DNA of 63,458 bases from Lishizhenia tianjinensis (GTDB lineage Bacteria; Bacteroidota; Bacteroidia; Flavobacteriales_D; Crocinitomicaceae): the NCBI GenBank assembly GCA_945863425.1, contig CAMBBW010000001.1, positions 1 through 63,458 on the forward strand, read 5' to 3'. Made by a program: the position numbers and the translations under genes. Below the pieces are notes generated by a model. That model made no database searches, was not told the origin of the DNA, and worked only from the letters and a program-made list of their open reading frames with translations. Shown here one piece after another: positions 47,057 to 56,538 of this stretch (the first letter of the stretch is position 1; every line of letters begins with the position of its first letter).

Positions 47057-47818
47057 CTATTTACTTCTTATACTAATTAATATTTTTTTGATTACATTTT
47101 TAATTTTTTGGCTAACCAATTCAATCAGCCATTCAAACGGTTCATTACTCCAGCGTTGTGGATGAAACGTGAACATAATAACAGAAGGCATACGATTTCC
47201 CTGAAATGAACTAATAATTTGGTCAGTTTTAGAAAATTTTAAGTCAAAAGAGGATATAACTTTGTCTCTAACACTAACACCCTTATTATCCCACGTTCGA
47301 CCAGTATCTGTTAAATAATATACACTTGAATAATTCGTATCAAAATACGGCTCGCCCAATATTCCAAAAGATTGATAATCATATTTTTGCCATAACTTTT
47401 TATTATCGTATCTGGATAAAGGACTTCCATGCATGCAAATTGTATTTACAGGAACCAACTTCCTCAATTTCGAAAGATTTCTTTTAAAGTCTTCAATCGC
47501 CAAATCTATATTTCCTTTGGTAACAGTTAAGTTCTCGTAATGATAACCTATTTCATGTCCCATTTTATTTATTTTCAATATGATGGACTCATCCCAACTA
47601 GCTGCCACTGCGCGAAAATAATAAACCCCTTTTATACCAAGATTATTTTGAATCTCGGCAAACAGTAAAGAATTTCCTGGTTTTAAATCAACATCATGTC
47701 TCAAAATCACCACTTTTTCTTTTGGGTTACGTAAAAACTCTTCGTAAGTCTGAAAGGAATACCCGGCATCCCTCATCGAATTTAGAAGCAATTCATATTT
47801 CTTGACAGTAAAATCCAT
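47057..47818 (-). CDS. NodB/ArnD-like polysaccharide deacetylase superfamily protein
   Basis: 253 aa. VVILRHDVDLKPG (Asp-pair motif as in ArnD/NodB-type enzymes) and HEIGYHYE (His motif). Last gene of the operon. Confidence 0.5.
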   Translation of the reverse strand: MDFTVKKYELLLNSMRDAGYSFQTYEEFLRNPKEKVVILRHDVDLKPGNSLLFAEIQNNLGIKGVYYFRAVAASWDESIILKINKMGHEIGYHYENLTVTKGNIDLAIEDFKRNLSKLRKLVPVNTICMHGSPLSRYDNKKLWQKYDYQSFGILGEPYFDTNYSSVYYLTDTGRTWDNKGVSVRDKVISSFDLKFSKTDQIISSFQGNRMPSVIMFTFHPQRWSNEPFEWLIELVSQKIKNVIKKILISIRSK

Positions 47819-48900
47819 TACTTAAAATTCTTAATAAATTCAGGATTAGTAATTACCCTTTTATTACTCTCAGGGAATTCAACAATAAACCATTTTAAAA
47901 ATTCGGATGCATCGATTTTATCTTTTAAAAATTCGGACTGCTTTTGTTCACACCCCATATTTTCTTTTCCTTTGTTAGCAATAAAAATGGCTTGTTTGAT
48001 GGCTTTCTCTTGTTCCTCCAAGTTACTTTTGAATTGAAAAAAAAGACCGTTTTTTTCTAAATCCTCACCATTACCAGACCAAATTGAATTAACAAAAACC
48101 GAGGGAGTACCTAATATTGCAGCCTCCGCAGCCATTGAGGCGCCTTCACCAAAAAATAGTGAGGCATAACGAAGTACAGAATGAATTTTATCATATGGAA
48201 CGGTTAAGCGAAACTGTTCTAATTCTTTGGGTAATTCCCCTTCAGAGGAAATAAAAACAGGCATGAGCACACTAATTTCATTAACAATTCTCAATTTATT
48301 TTCAATGGTTAATCCTTGAATTCCTTGATCATGATAGGCATCCCAACTAATAAAACGGAGAAGCGCAAAGTTGGCGTTTTGAGGGATTCCAAGAAGCGCA
48401 TAAATAGAATGATCCGGTACAAAATGATTCGGATGTAAATAAAACAATTCAATATTACTTGGAATTCTTAGTTGATTTTTAGTTAATGTTCTGCCAAAAG
48501 TTGTAGAGGTGATTAACACATCAATGAATTTAGAAAAAATTGTGTCATAGATTCCAGATACTTCGGTGTCTGCCAATCCGATGTGTTTTTTTCTCCTGAT
48601 CTTACTTGCTATTGCTGCGTAGGGAGAAACACGGGAAACAACAATATCCACTTTTTCCCTTCTTATTAGTCTAATGATTTTCAAAGAATTTGAAATCAAA
48701 TGAACTATTTTAGAAAAGGTGCTTTTTTTAGGTCTACTAAGTTCAATCACTTGAATCCCATAAAGTTCAAGTAATTCGAAGCTAATATCTTTTTTGGAGG
48801 ATGCCCAAACCACTTTATGCCCCTCCTTTTCAAGCAATTGCTTAACAATTCTAAAATTATGGATTTGTGCAGGATGACCTGTTACAAATAATATGGTCAT
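47818..48900 (-). CDS. DUF354 protein (GT-B / 2-epimerase-like fold, function unknown)
   Basis: 360 aa. VTGHPAQIHNFRIV, ELFYLHPNHFVPD, ISWDAYHD and EGASMAAEAAILGTPS match my recollection of the DUF354 family pattern. Confidence 0.65.
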   Translation of the reverse strand: MTILFVTGHPAQIHNFRIVKQLLEKEGHKVVWASSKKDISFELLELYGIQVIELSRPKKSTFSKIVHLISNSLKIIRLIRREKVDIVVSRVSPYAAIASKIRRKKHIGLADTEVSGIYDTIFSKFIDVLITSTTFGRTLTKNQLRIPSNIELFYLHPNHFVPDHSIYALLGIPQNANFALLRFISWDAYHDQGIQGLTIENKLRIVNEISVLMPVFISSEGELPKELEQFRLTVPYDKIHSVLRYASLFFGEGASMAAEAAILGTPSVFVNSIWSGNGEDLEKNGLFFQFKSNLEEQEKAIKQAIFIANKGKENMGCEQKQSEFLKDKIDASEFLKWFIVEFPESNKRVITNPEFIKNFK

Positions 48901-50045
48901 CTTTTCTGTAGAAATTTAGTAGCAAGAATAATATACATCCAAAATGGTTTAGGGTCTTTTTTCTTAAACAAAGCGTTTACTTTCACTTTACCTCGGTTCA
49001 TCCAAATTTCAGAAATAGCTATTTTACCTAAGAAGAGGCCTTTTATCGTGAAATAAAAATTAGTAATCGGATTATACCAAACCGTATTAAACGTATAATT
49101 AGTTGGGAAATCAATCAACCTGGATTGGGAAAAATCATAGGCGATTTTCGCATAATTCACCCCACATTCTTTGGCTAAATCTACCCAAAGCCAAGAACGA
49201 GCATTCATCTCGATTAATTTATATTGCTGGTCACGTTCATCTTTCAAAAATTCAATTTCGCAAATCCCAGTATAATTGAGCGCTTTTAATAACTGACTTC
49301 CATAGATCAAAACTCCCGGATCAGAAATACTTTCTGCCAAGGTTGCAGTACCAAAACGCAACGGATGCTCTCTCAGTTTTTGTCCAATCCAATAAGTCTT
49401 AATTATTCCTTTAACAGCAAAAGCAGTAAATGAAATAGTTTTGTTTTGTTTTTGGTAAGGGATAAGTTCCTGCGTAAATGTTTCACTCAACGAAATTCTT
49501 TTTTGAATAGAATTTAAATTTTTAACCAACTCTACGGAATTTACGGAAACAACCACCTTCCTTTTCATTTTTTTATAAAAATTTAATCCGTTATTTCCTT
49601 TTGTAAGGATTGGGAAAGTTAAATTCACTGGAGCATGAGGGTGCTCAAGCTGTTCAAAAGAAGGAACTGGAATTTTCAACGCAATAGCTAAATTCAACAA
49701 TTCAAGTTTATTGTAAATTTTATTTATTGTGTCAATTTCATCCGTTATCAATTGATAGTGCTTTACTAATTTTTCGCGATGTGTTGATATTGAAAAAACT
49801 GCGTGATCGTTTGAGGGTAAAAGCAACCAGCCTTTTAAGTCATGATTGATTGCTATTTCTTCTAAAAAGAGAATGAATTCATCCGAAGAATAATTTGGAC
49901 ATTGTAAAAAAAAATGGCAATATTTTGAATATTGAGCCAAACATTTTCCGGTATCAATTACCCAAACAGGAATACCTAATTCACCCAATGCGCGAACATT
50001 AGACAATCCTTGAACATGTCCCTCTATGATAATTACCCCTTTCAA
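48897..50045 (-). CDS. ATP-grasp carboxylate--amine ligase-like protein (COG3919-like)
   Basis: 382 aa. N-terminal IIEGHVQGLSNVRALGELGIPV pre-ATP-grasp region and C-terminal CEIEFLKDERDQQYKLIEMNARSW (Mg-ATP binding E-x-N context). Confidence 0.6.
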   Translation of the reverse strand: MKGVIIIEGHVQGLSNVRALGELGIPVWVIDTGKCLAQYSKYCHFFLQCPNYSSDEFILFLEEIAINHDLKGWLLLPSNDHAVFSISTHREKLVKHYQLITDEIDTINKIYNKLELLNLAIALKIPVPSFEQLEHPHAPVNLTFPILTKGNNGLNFYKKMKRKVVVSVNSVELVKNLNSIQKRISLSETFTQELIPYQKQNKTISFTAFAVKGIIKTYWIGQKLREHPLRFGTATLAESISDPGVLIYGSQLLKALNYTGICEIEFLKDERDQQYKLIEMNARSWLWVDLAKECGVNYAKIAYDFSQSRLIDFPTNYTFNTVWYNPITNFYFTIKGLFLGKIAISEIWMNRGKVKVNALFKKKDPKPFWMYIILATKFLQKR

Positions 50046-50966
50046 TTATGATTTATAAACTTGAATGATTCTTTTTGCAATTGATTTAGAATCCAAGTTT
50101 AATCCCATTAGTTTTTCTCGTCCGTTGGTAGCGTTATTGTTAGCAGAAAAATTCAATGCATTAATTATAGAACTAGCTATCGTTTCTTTGTCCCAATTCG
50201 TAACATAACTTCCCTCAACACCTTCTAATAACCAGCCTACATCCCCAACATTTGTTGAGACAATTGGGCGTTCGCATGCCATGGCTTCCTTTATTATGTT
50301 TGGTGAACCTTCCCAAAGTGAAGTAAGAAGAACACATGATGTTTTTTTAATTTCTCGAATGGTTTGTTCATGAGAAACTCCATGGATTACTTTAAATTGA
50401 ACATTCTCATCCCATTTTTTTACTATTTCAATCGCTTCATAGGCCAATTGAACGTTTTTCGATGGTCGATTAGGATCAGCAGCAAAGAGAATGGTTTTCA
50501 ATTCTGGAATAATCTCTTCAACAAACAGGTTTAAATTCACTCCATTTGGAATAATAACAGGTGATTCGGTTCGTAAATCTTTTGACATTTGCAGAGATTT
50601 AACGATAGTCACATCCCAAACAAATCGAATAAAAAACCGAATAAAAGAACCTTTAATTCCATTTACTTGAGAATCACTTCCCATTAAAGAAACCACTTTT
50701 TTTGGTTTAGTCAAAAACAAGGAAGACAGAGACATGAGAATTCCAGAAAGAGAATAATGAGCATGAATAACATTATATTTTCCAGAAGCAATTTTCTTCC
50801 TAAGGGGATAATAATTTTTTAAATATCCGCCGAATCCTTTACCCTGAATTAAAAAATAATCAATCTCAACACCTTCTTCTATCAGTGATTTAGCCTGATT
50901 GACAATTAAAACACTCGGTTGACCATTCGTTTTATTCCCACTGCCAACAAATAACACCTTCATCAT
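50046..50966 (-). CDS. Glycosyltransferase family 4 (short GT-B)
   Basis: 306 aa. VLFVGSGNKTNGQPS N-terminus and LLTSLWEGSPNIIKEAMACERPIVSTNVG (E-x7-E motif). Confidence 0.7.
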   Translation of the reverse strand: MMKVLFVGSGNKTNGQPSVLIVNQAKSLIEEGVEIDYFLIQGKGFGGYLKNYYPLRKKIASGKYNVIHAHYSLSGILMSLSSLFLTKPKKVVSLMGSDSQVNGIKGSFIRFFIRFVWDVTIVKSLQMSKDLRTESPVIIPNGVNLNLFVEEIIPELKTILFAADPNRPSKNVQLAYEAIEIVKKWDENVQFKVIHGVSHEQTIREIKKTSCVLLTSLWEGSPNIIKEAMACERPIVSTNVGDVGWLLEGVEGSYVTNWDKETIASSIINALNFSANNNATNGREKLMGLNLDSKSIAKRIIQVYKS

Positions 50967-52015
50967 TTATTGATAGAATGAAAATAGTCTAAAGCAGCAT
51001 CTAAACGCAGATTGAAAGACTCATTGGAATTAAAATCACCCGGCAAAAACTCCCACGAATTTTCATTCATGATATATTTACCAATCACTCCGTCGACTTT
51101 CATTTGAAAAGTATCGGATTGACCAAATATGCATTGCATTTCATTAATTAAATAATTCCCATCAGAAGATTCAAAAAGATCAACAGCTTGGGATTTAAAG
51201 TTAAATTTATCGGTTAATTCTTTTACAAAATCCAATAATTTTAAGGGTGGATTTGAATATTCTTTTTTCAAGGAACCACTCGTCATTTTACCTAACAATA
51301 ACTTTTTGTGCGCAAAAAAAGAATCTCCTATTCGAACAACACGCCACTCAAAATCATGCGGAATATATTCTTGGAACAAGACAAAATCTGTTTGACTATC
51401 GAAAGCACGGGCTTTGTAGGTATTATACTTTAAAATAATACGTTTCGGGTTTAATAATAATTTGAATCCGCGTTGTAGAATCTTGCCTTTTTTCAAATTA
51501 GGCCCTACACGTTTTTCAGATCCTGTACCATGAAACGTATTCTGAATATATTCAGTTAACTGATTTTTATTTTCTAAAATTACCACACCACTTCCGGAAG
51601 CACCAATATTTGTTTTTGCCACCAATGGAAAATGAACTTGCTTGCCCGCATAAGCCATTGCCTCTTTTTCAAAATAAAAAACCAGTGTTTCAGAATGCGG
51701 TAAATTATTAGCATTCAACCAATAAGAAAAATAGCGTTTATTTTCATATATTTTCACTTCTTCTAGGGTTGGAAAACATGGGATATTTAGTTCTTTAACT
51801 AAAATTTCCAATCGCTCATCATACATTAATTTGAATGGAGCTGTTAATCCTGAAGGCCGCGTAAGTAGTAAATCAGGATTTGCTAAACGGATTTGCTCCA
51901 ACCAATCATGCCTAGAAAGATCAATAACTGAAAATTCAATCGAACGGTTTTGACAAGCTTTTACCCATCTATCCTCAGAATGCGACATTTCATTTTTTAG
52001 GATTACTACTTTCAT
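50963..52015 (-). CDS. ATP-grasp (RimK/glutathione-synthetase-like) ligase
   Basis: 350 aa. FPLVAKTNIGASGSGVVIL, FQEYIPHDFEWRVVRIG and YLINEMQ segments fit the ATP-grasp fold. Confidence 0.6.
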   Translation of the reverse strand: MKVVILKNEMSHSEDRWVKACQNRSIEFSVIDLSRHDWLEQIRLANPDLLLTRPSGLTAPFKLMYDERLEILVKELNIPCFPTLEEVKIYENKRYFSYWLNANNLPHSETLVFYFEKEAMAYAGKQVHFPLVAKTNIGASGSGVVILENKNQLTEYIQNTFHGTGSEKRVGPNLKKGKILQRGFKLLLNPKRIILKYNTYKARAFDSQTDFVLFQEYIPHDFEWRVVRIGDSFFAHKKLLLGKMTSGSLKKEYSNPPLKLLDFVKELTDKFNFKSQAVDLFESSDGNYLINEMQCIFGQSDTFQMKVDGVIGKYIMNENSWEFLPGDFNSNESFNLRLDAALDYFHSINK

Positions 52016-53289
52016 TTTTGAATAAGCTTTGCTTTTAAAAGTAAATCAAAAAAAATAGGATTCGAGAATTTATGCCAATAACCTTCAGTCGTATTATGAT
52101 CTGTGTTTGCTAATGCAGCAAAGTATGCTTCTTTATCGTATACCTCCCAAACCTCTGAAGATAAATCACTTGCCTTTGAACGCACATAATCAATATACCA
52201 TTGATTGTATTTAAAAGATGGAGAATTCTTATTCAATTTTAGATACTTAATTAATATTCTCATACCTAAATAAAACAATTTCCCATTCAAAAAATCACTT
52301 GGTTTATATCCATTAGCTAACTTGATGTTTAATAATTTTGGTTCTAGTTGCTTTAATAATTCACAATACAATGCTGGATCGCTTAATTTATTCAAATTGC
52401 CCCCCTTTTTTCGTGTATAATGATATGGGGTCTGTGCTAAAACGCTTTGAAATTCTTGGGTCATGTAAATAGGAACAACTTCATTTACAAATGATTTATA
52501 AATCTGGAGATCTTGTGCATGATGAATGTTCGCAACTAAATCATACAAGAAATAAAAGATACGATTTTCTTTATTTGATGATCCAACGTTCATTTTTTTT
52601 AACTCTGTTATGATTTCTTCTGTTCTATTTTCTTTAATGAAATAAGTCTTCAATACCGAATCAATTGCTCCTGATAGATCTAATTTCTCCGTATTCCAAT
52701 TTTGAAAAAATGAGGATGAAAAATAATTATTATAGGATAATCCTCGTATACTTTCTCCTCCAAAATGACCAGTAAATAAGACCTTTACAGAAAATTCTTT
52801 TGTGAATTCGGCTATTGCAGCGGTTCGATGGGCTCTGTGTAAATGTACATTACCTGCTCCAATCTGAATCGTTTTGTTTACCCAGCTATCGTACCATTCA
52901 ATCGTAGGTTCTTGTTGAACTACATGCAGGAACTTCAATCCAAACTTTTGACAAATTTCATGAGCAATTTTAATATCATTATTTCGGGCATCACCATAGG
53001 TAAAACAAATAGGTTTCCGTTTCAATTTTAAAAGTGCAGCCAAAATAATTCGAGAGTCAAAACCACCTGTTAAGGTCAAAGCAATTTCATTATCCTCAAC
53101 TTCCTTCGTTGCATTTTCAACCAGATTGACTAAAACAGTATAAATATCATCAATTGTTTTGGTTGGGGATTGATTGATCATATTATAGATATCATCCGAA
53201 TCAATAGAGCCATCCTGAAATGAATTAACATCATGATGAAATAAACTAAAAAAAGACAAATCTAAATTAGTTAACCTCATGTTTTTCAA
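52012..53289 (-). CDS. Asparagine-synthetase-domain (PP-loop adenylating) protein lacking the N-terminal glutaminase domain
   Basis: 425 aa. PP-loop LTLTGGFDSRIILAAL. No N-terminal Cys2 Ntn-glutaminase domain (starts MKNMRLTNLD...). Confidence 0.6.
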   Translation of the reverse strand: MKNMRLTNLDLSFFSLFHHDVNSFQDGSIDSDDIYNMINQSPTKTIDDIYTVLVNLVENATKEVEDNEIALTLTGGFDSRIILAALLKLKRKPICFTYGDARNNDIKIAHEICQKFGLKFLHVVQQEPTIEWYDSWVNKTIQIGAGNVHLHRAHRTAAIAEFTKEFSVKVLFTGHFGGESIRGLSYNNYFSSSFFQNWNTEKLDLSGAIDSVLKTYFIKENRTEEIITELKKMNVGSSNKENRIFYFLYDLVANIHHAQDLQIYKSFVNEVVPIYMTQEFQSVLAQTPYHYTRKKGGNLNKLSDPALYCELLKQLEPKLLNIKLANGYKPSDFLNGKLFYLGMRILIKYLKLNKNSPSFKYNQWYIDYVRSKASDLSSEVWEVYDKEAYFAALANTDHNTTEGYWHKFSNPIFFDLLLKAKLIQK

Positions 53290-54502
53290 TTTGTTGTTGC
53301 AAATAGAAAATTGACATACTCAGTAAGGCCCCGAGTAAAAACAAAATGTATCCACGAAGATTTACTCCTTGCATAGTTCCACCTATTGACAAAAAAGCCT
53401 GCACACCTAGCAAAGCACAAAGAGTTGCAAACATTTCATTTACCTGAATATGATTGCCTAATTTTTTTCGAATACGATTTGCTAATTGGAAAATTTTGAA
53501 ATAAATAAAAACAAAAAAAAACAATCCAATAACACCTGCTCCACCCAACATATTCATATAATCGACATGTAACATTCTTTTATGTCCTTTAAAATCTTTT
53601 TTTAAAAATATATCAAAACCAAATAATAAGCGATCAATTCCAGCATCAAGTGATTCCTCAACTGTAAATTGAACCTCAAGCATTCTTCCTTCAGTCTCAC
53701 TCTCCTGAAGTTGTTTATAAGACATGGAAACACGTTGTTGTCGCGATTCAAAACGTTTCTCGATTATTGGCAAATAAAAGGGCGACGCAACCAAGACAAT
53801 AATCAATACGACAGGTAAAAACTGAATTAAACGAGATTTATAGGGTGTTAGCAAAACATATATTAAAAAGCCAAAACCCATTGCTAATATTGCTGATCGT
53901 TTCATGCCTAAAAAAACTATCAAAATACCTAAAAAAAACAATACCAGAACAATCATCTTCAGTCTTTGATTTGTTTCGACTCTCAAAAAAATAGGAACAA
54001 TTAAAAGAAAAATCACCATTGCTTTAGTTAGATTAACGCCGGATTCACCAAACAAAACAGAATCATCTAAATAGGTTTTTCTTCCAAGTCCTGAAAAATT
54101 CGAATATAAAAAATACAGCTCCATAATGAATAAACTCACCATGATAATACGTAATAACCAGAAGAACTTATCTGGCTGATTAAAGGTCTGAAAACCAACC
54201 ACAAACATTAGCGAGGTAATAACCACTTTGTTATATATATAGAGCGAAGTAGATTGTTCCGCAGAAAACCAGCAAAGGACAAATAAATAGATAGAAAAGA
54301 GGATTGTGGGTAAGGTAATAATGCTCGATTTATACTTGCTTAGCATGTACCAACCCAAAAAGAGTGACAAAAGAATCCCTCTAATTATACCTGGATTTAA
54401 TATGCCGGGGAAAAAAGGAGTTGCTAATGAAGATACCACATTGATTATTGGAATAATCAAAATGAATAAAAATAAATTATCGTAATTTCTTAAACTCACC
54501 AT
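53267..54502 (-). CDS. wzy: O-antigen/oligosaccharide-repeat polymerase (Wzy / O-antigen ligase-like)
   Basis: 411 aa, about 10-11 TM segments and one larger loop (RFESRQQRVSMSYKQLQESETEGR...). Confidence 0.6.
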   Translation of the reverse strand: MVSLRNYDNLFLFILIIPIINVVSSLATPFFPGILNPGIIRGILLSLFLGWYMLSKYKSSIITLPTILFSIYLFVLCWFSAEQSTSLYIYNKVVITSLMFVVGFQTFNQPDKFFWLLRIIMVSLFIMELYFLYSNFSGLGRKTYLDDSVLFGESGVNLTKAMVIFLLIVPIFLRVETNQRLKMIVLVLFFLGILIVFLGMKRSAILAMGFGFLIYVLLTPYKSRLIQFLPVVLIIVLVASPFYLPIIEKRFESRQQRVSMSYKQLQESETEGRMLEVQFTVEESLDAGIDRLLFGFDIFLKKDFKGHKRMLHVDYMNMLGGAGVIGLFFFVFIYFKIFQLANRIRKKLGNHIQVNEMFATLCALLGVQAFLSIGGTMQGVNLRGYILFLLGALLSMSIFYLQQQIEKHEVN

Positions 54503-54505
54503 TGT

Positions 54506-55501
54506 TTACTTATCATCCGAGGAATATGAAAGAAGTGTATTGCAATTTTTCAGTTCATAATTATTGATTGTCAGGTAAGAATAAATGGACTCAATCGGTT
54601 TTTTATAATTCATTGAAATTTCCTTTTCATCAAGCCTCCAAAATTCTACTTGTTTCATATCAAGCGATAGGTATTTCTCCAAATTATAAACTCCTGTGGA
54701 ATAAAAAGTTGAAAAGATTTCTGGTTGAAAACCACCCAATTCAGCACAATATTCTACTGGATAATCAAATTCCAAGGTCGTCCAGTTGGAAGGAATATAA
54801 TCTCGTGTGGTTGATCGATGAGGTAAATAAAAACAACTAAAACCTTTTTTTTCATAATCAGTAAAAATTGTTTGAATTGTTTGGACATAATAATGTTCCG
54901 ATACAATGTTATTAAAAACTAAAGGTTGCCCAATAAAAAAAACGGATTTCTCCTTAGCGATGTGTTTTTCAAGCGATTTTATTTGATTAAATTGATGATT
55001 GAATATGATTAAAAAAGTTGAATTCAATTGAAACAAGGTATATAAATGTATCGTTGAACCCTTTTTTTTAGTTGAATTGACAAACCTTTCCTCTAATTTC
55101 GGTAATATGTTTATCGTTGAAAATCCGTCATCAATTAAATAAATATCATGACATCGATTTTCAATTTTTTTAAAAAAAGAATGATTCAAATTACCCCAAA
55201 AAATAATGTCATTTGGACCAATGAGGTTCTTTAATTTGTTAAAAGTTAACAACCGTTTCCAATTTAGTAAAATCAATTGCCATTTTGATTTGTTTCTTCT
55301 ATCTAAATTCTTCCACGGATAGTATATAACATTCCATTCCTCCTCTTTTATTATTGAATTAAACTGAATCAAACTTCTATGGTAATCGGATAAAACAACC
55401 AAAATTTTCTCTGAAAAATTGAACCGAGGATCCCGAGAAGCTTGAAGTGCACCCAGGTAATTTGCCGGTGTAATTACGAAAAAATAAGCTTTCATATTCA
55501 A
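54506..55501 (-). CDS. Putative GT52/polysialyltransferase-like glycosyltransferase (candidate nonulosonic-acid transferase)
   Basis: 331 aa. AYFFVITPANYLGALQA, IYLIDDGFSTINI (D-D-G), VFFIGQPL, FYLPHRSTTRD, PVEYCAEL and FSTFYSTGVYNL occur in the order I recall for GT52-type sialyltransferases. The HP motif is not exact. Confidence 0.4.
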   Translation of the reverse strand: MNMKAYFFVITPANYLGALQASRDPRFNFSEKILVVLSDYHRSLIQFNSIIKEEEWNVIYYPWKNLDRRNKSKWQLILLNWKRLLTFNKLKNLIGPNDIIFWGNLNHSFFKKIENRCHDIYLIDDGFSTINILPKLEERFVNSTKKKGSTIHLYTLFQLNSTFLIIFNHQFNQIKSLEKHIAKEKSVFFIGQPLVFNNIVSEHYYVQTIQTIFTDYEKKGFSCFYLPHRSTTRDYIPSNWTTLEFDYPVEYCAELGGFQPEIFSTFYSTGVYNLEKYLSLDMKQVEFWRLDEKEISMNYKKPIESIYSYLTINNYELKNCNTLLSYSSDDK

Positions 55502-55525
55502 TCAGCCAAAAGACTCAATCAATTT

Positions 55526-56533
55526 TTAATGCTTTCTAAAGGCATATTTAATATTTCGTAGAACATTTCGAGAAAAATGGAAATGAAGGATTAACTGAAT
55601 TGAAATCAAGCAAACAGAAAGTAATTTCTTCACATGTGCCTCCTGCCTTAATTTTGCCATCATAGTCATTTTTTTTATGTATCTTATTTCTCTTCGATGT
55701 AAGGCATATCTAGAATTTACCACATGTAAAAATGAAACATAGTTTTCCAAAAACAATTGTTTTTTTGTAAATGATTTCGAGTGACTTGCTGATTCATTTA
55801 ACACCCGATAAACGCCAGTTGAGTAATTGAAATACTTTATTTTTCCAGATTGCAATGCATGAAAAATCCATTGTGAATCTCCGGCGGCATGTAAAAAGTA
55901 AAATTTAAATTCTTTTAAAACACTTGCTCTAAAAATAGATGTTAGGGTTCTCAAGTACTTAATATCCCTTGAGAACAAATGATTCATTGAAATATCACTT
56001 GTTTTAATTATTTTTTTTGATTTTGAATTAAAGTCTTTTATCATTTTCCCCGTTTGCTCATACGATTTATCAAAATCCGTAAAAACACCAACATATTCAG
56101 CATTCGTTTCCAAAAAATCAACTTGTTTTTGGAGTTTAAATTTATCCGTCCAATAATCATCCCCCTCACAAAAAGCAATGTATTTTCCACTGCATTGTTG
56201 AATAGAATACATTAAATTGAATTTGCCAGTCGGATTTCCAAGGCTGTTTTTTATTTTATTTATTTCCCAATGAAGTAGTAACTTAATTTTTTCAGGATAC
56301 TGACTCAACAACTTTTTACAAATTTCTCTTGTGCCATCAGTTGAATCATCTTCACCGATTACAATTTCAAAATTAAAATCTGTCTTTTGATTTAAAAGTG
56401 ATTCAATACATTGTTGAATGAAACTAGCTTGATTAAAAGTTAAAACTAAGATGCTAACTACCGGAGGAGCTTGATTTTTTGAATGTCCTGAAACTTCCTT
56501 TACTTCTATTAAAATCGGAAATTCGAAACTCAA
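55526..56533 (-). CDS. Glycosyltransferase family 2
   Basis: 335 aa. VSILVLTFNQASFIQQCIESLLNQ and EIVIGEDDSTDGT (DxD context). Confidence 0.8.
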   Translation of the reverse strand: MSFEFPILIEVKEVSGHSKNQAPPVVSILVLTFNQASFIQQCIESLLNQKTDFNFEIVIGEDDSTDGTREICKKLLSQYPEKIKLLLHWEINKIKNSLGNPTGKFNLMYSIQQCSGKYIAFCEGDDYWTDKFKLQKQVDFLETNAEYVGVFTDFDKSYEQTGKMIKDFNSKSKKIIKTSDISMNHLFSRDIKYLRTLTSIFRASVLKEFKFYFLHAAGDSQWIFHALQSGKIKYFNYSTGVYRVLNESASHSKSFTKKQLFLENYVSFLHVVNSRYALHRREIRYIKKMTMMAKLRQEAHVKKLLSVCLISIQLILHFHFSRNVLRNIKYAFRKH

Positions 56534-56538
56534 TTCAT

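Noticed and set aside
48897-53289. ATP-grasp + ATP-grasp + Asn-synthetase-like genes as a RiPP (graspetide or lasso-like) cluster
   Set aside because: The genes overlap or abut with no room for a precursor-peptide ORF. No protease or ABC exporter is present. The block is embedded between wzy, glycosyltransferase and deacetylase genes in one operon. A glycan-modification role is much more likely.
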